DNA of 63,567 nucleotides, counting the filler, from Octopus bimaculoides (taxonomy: Eukaryota): the NCBI RefSeq assembly GCF_001194135.2. It is 4 parts of 4 records of this genome, joined end to end, with 100 filler letters (N's around TTAATTAATTAA, not from the genome) between each part and the next. Parts side by side here need not be neighbours in the genome. Positions count along the whole stretch, not along the records: positions 59,519 to 63,567 come from NC_068981.1; 3 more parts are not named here. One strand, 5' to 3'. Positions 61,380 through 63,567 of the stretch are shown piece by piece (the first letter of the stretch is position 1; every line of letters starts with the position of its first letter). A model generated the notes under the pieces. It searched no databases. It was not told the origin of the DNA and saw only the letters and a program-made list of their open reading frames with translations. A program made the translations under genes and the position numbers.

Positions 61380-62135
61380 GCTAAAATCGGAATACGCTGT
61401 ACCAAAAGGTAATATGATCCCAGTGTCAGAGTCGGTGCGTGACCTATGGGTTCACATGAGCAATGATGCAACATTCCATGTGCATATTATCAAGATGGCA
61501 ACACTGTGTAGGCGAGCGGCTGGCTGGATTTTGGAGACATTCAGAACCAGGAAAATGGTTAGGGTTAGGGTTAGGGTTAGGTGCTACTCCTATGGAGGAC
61601 TTTCGTTGTCAGCCGCTTGAACTACTACTCCCAACTATGGTCCCCAGACAGTGTGAAACAAACCGTGGCCAATAGACAAGGAAGATTGACTCGATGGAAA
61701 AGATGGGCTACGGGGAGAGGCTAAAAGAACTGAGTCTCTATTCCCTGGAGAGAATGCGAGAGAGATATACGATGATATATATTTGGAAGATCTTGGAGGG
61801 TTTAGCTCCCAATTTTGGAATTGACATCTATACCAATCCTCGAATTGGACGGCACTGCATCTTCCCACCTAAAATAAGGATACAGTACTGCAATAGTCTG
61901 AGATTAGGCAACCTTAGAGATCTACATGGTGTTGATGTGGAAGTTTTCAAGGAACGTCTTGACAAGCCTCTATCTGAGATACCAGATGAAACCACATAGT
62001 GGCAAAAGACACAAAGAAGAGCAGGTCTGTCCAACTAGCTACTTCACCAAAAACAATACCAGAAACAACACCGAGTAACTACAGGTGGTGCACTAGCATG
62101 ACCTCAGCTTTGGGCTGAAACCAGTAAAATATAAA
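61380..62135 (+). mobile_element. CR1/L2-group (Daphne/Crack-like) LINE 3' fragment
   Basis: VRDLWVHMSNDATF...GWILETFRTRK, LLWRTFVVSRLNYYSQLWSP, YGERLKELSLYSLERMRERY...WKILEG, FKERLDK...IPDE; tail GGTGCACTAGCATGACCTCAGCTTTGGGCTGAAAC. Confidence 0.85.
61557..61582 (+). repeat. Interstitial (TTAGGG)n telomere-type tract inside the LINE ORF
   Basis: GGTTAG x4 followed by GT; interrupts ...AAAATGGT|GCTACTC.... Confidence 0.85.
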
Positions 62136-62143
62136 AGATAAGT

Positions 62144-62678
62144 GGACTTCCATTATGCTAGAAGAAGACCACATATGGTCTGACCACTAAGAAAAGATTG
62201 TTCTCAAGAAAATTCAGCAAACGCCAGAACGTAAGGAGTAAGAAAAACGTAAAGATACAAAATATAAAGATTAATCACAAACCCGATTTCATTGTTACCA
62301 CTTAAGTAATTACTTAAGGAAATGTCCGCAATTCATCACTGTGATCGTCATAGCAATATAATTTGCAGAACTATACACGAGATGTTCGCATGAGATTCAA
62401 TATGTATATAGTTCTACCAATTACATTTGGGGCTATATTTCTTCGTTTTGGCGCACCAAAATACCGGAAATAATTCTGCAGAAAATAATTCTCTGCAGTG
62501 AATTTTGCTGGTTAGAGAACATGGTCATTTAAACTTAAATAATAAGGGGGAAAAATTGAATATTAATTTGATTAATATCAATTTAAAACCAGTCTCGTGT
62601 ATAGTTCTGCAAACTTGAGAACAATCTTTTATTAGTGGACAGACCATAGGTGGTCTTCTTCTAGTATAATAGATGTCC
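62144..62678. mobile_element. MITE with long (about 65-85 bp) imperfect TIRs
   Basis: GGACTTCCATTATGCTAGAAGAAGACCAC...GATTGTTCTCAAG mirrors the right end ...GTGGTCTTCTTCTAGTATAATAGATGTCC. A further arm TTTGCAGAACTATACACGAGA (62363) pairs with 62593-62613. Confidence 0.8.
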
Positions 62679-62775
62679 AATTAGCGGTGGTCATCTCTCT
62701 TATATGTATATAATATAATTTTTCTGAATCTTCAGATTTTTCAATATGCTAGGCCATAGTTTTAAATTGATATTA

Positions 62776-62815
<40 letters not shown>

Positions 62816-63506
62816 ATTAACTACCAACAAAAATAATTGGTAAGCTAACTCAAAAAATCATCACCAAAATAGCAGAAAAAAAACCACAGTGAAGGTATGC
62901 AGACTCTTCAAGAATCGATCCTTTTGGTTATATTAATAATAATAAAGGAGTTACGACGCAAAAACGTATATATTCAAATGAACATATTTATCTTCTTCAA
63001 TATATATTTCAGTATAAAGAATTCATTAAGAGACTTAATAAATCAAAATTTCTTTACACATCATTCAGGAATAAATATAACATCAGAAAAAATACATTCA
63101 GTTTAAAAACACAAACCGTTCATGGAGAAAAAATTTCACAATTACAAGAACCGAACAAAATTTTTAAAGTTTTAGCAAAAAAGAACGCTATTACCTACAT
63201 ACAGGCATCCGCGTGTGCGCTCGTACACACACGCACACACGTTCATGCGCGCATACACGTGCACGTTCACATGCATATGTATGCATACACAAACAAGCAA
63301 AGTTCACAAGTCATAAACACATACACACACACATACATCCACACACATATATATATATATATATATAAACATAAAAATATGTTTAAAAAAACCTCATTTT
63401 AAAATATATTATAAAATTATATATACATATATACATACATATACATACATATATGTACAAATACATACATATACATATACATATACATACATATGTATAC
63501 ACACAC

Positions 63507-63545
<39 letters not shown>

Positions 63546-63567
63546 AGCAATGTTAATTCTCTAAATG

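Overview
Repeat-dense, gap-rich eukaryotic genomic DNA with no intact host gene. The mix of (AAT)n, (AT)n, (GT)n and GATA arrays, tRNA-derived SINEs, RTE, Dong/R4 and Penelope elements suggests an octopod mollusc, but that is inference. Almost everything recognisable is decayed or nested transposable element: Penelope-like (GIY-YIG) fragments, L1/Tx1-like, CRE-like, R4/Dong-like, RTE and CR1/L2-group LINEs, several SINE families, two mariner (DD34D) copies, a maT-type (DD37D), a Tc1 with DD36E spacing, a pogo element, Helitron ends, Gypsy-type solo LTRs and MITEs. One short, well-flanked host exon is plausible (58729-58813) and a few weaker candidates exist. The most interesting observations are: three type I hammerhead ribozyme folds at Penelope 3' ends, arranged in back-to-back element pairs; an ORF1-only (HAL1-like) Tx1 derivative whose C-terminal domain shows synonymous-biased divergence between two copies; a SINE sharing its 3' tail with a Tx1/L1-like LINE and apparently swapping tails; a covarying 3' stem-loop shared by a LINE and a CORE-SINE; a 23-nt telomeric-repeat insertion frameshifting a LINE; an Incomer-like DD36E Tc1; and a perfect nested palindrome. 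Family names come from motif recognition by eye, not database searches, and many boundaries are approximate.
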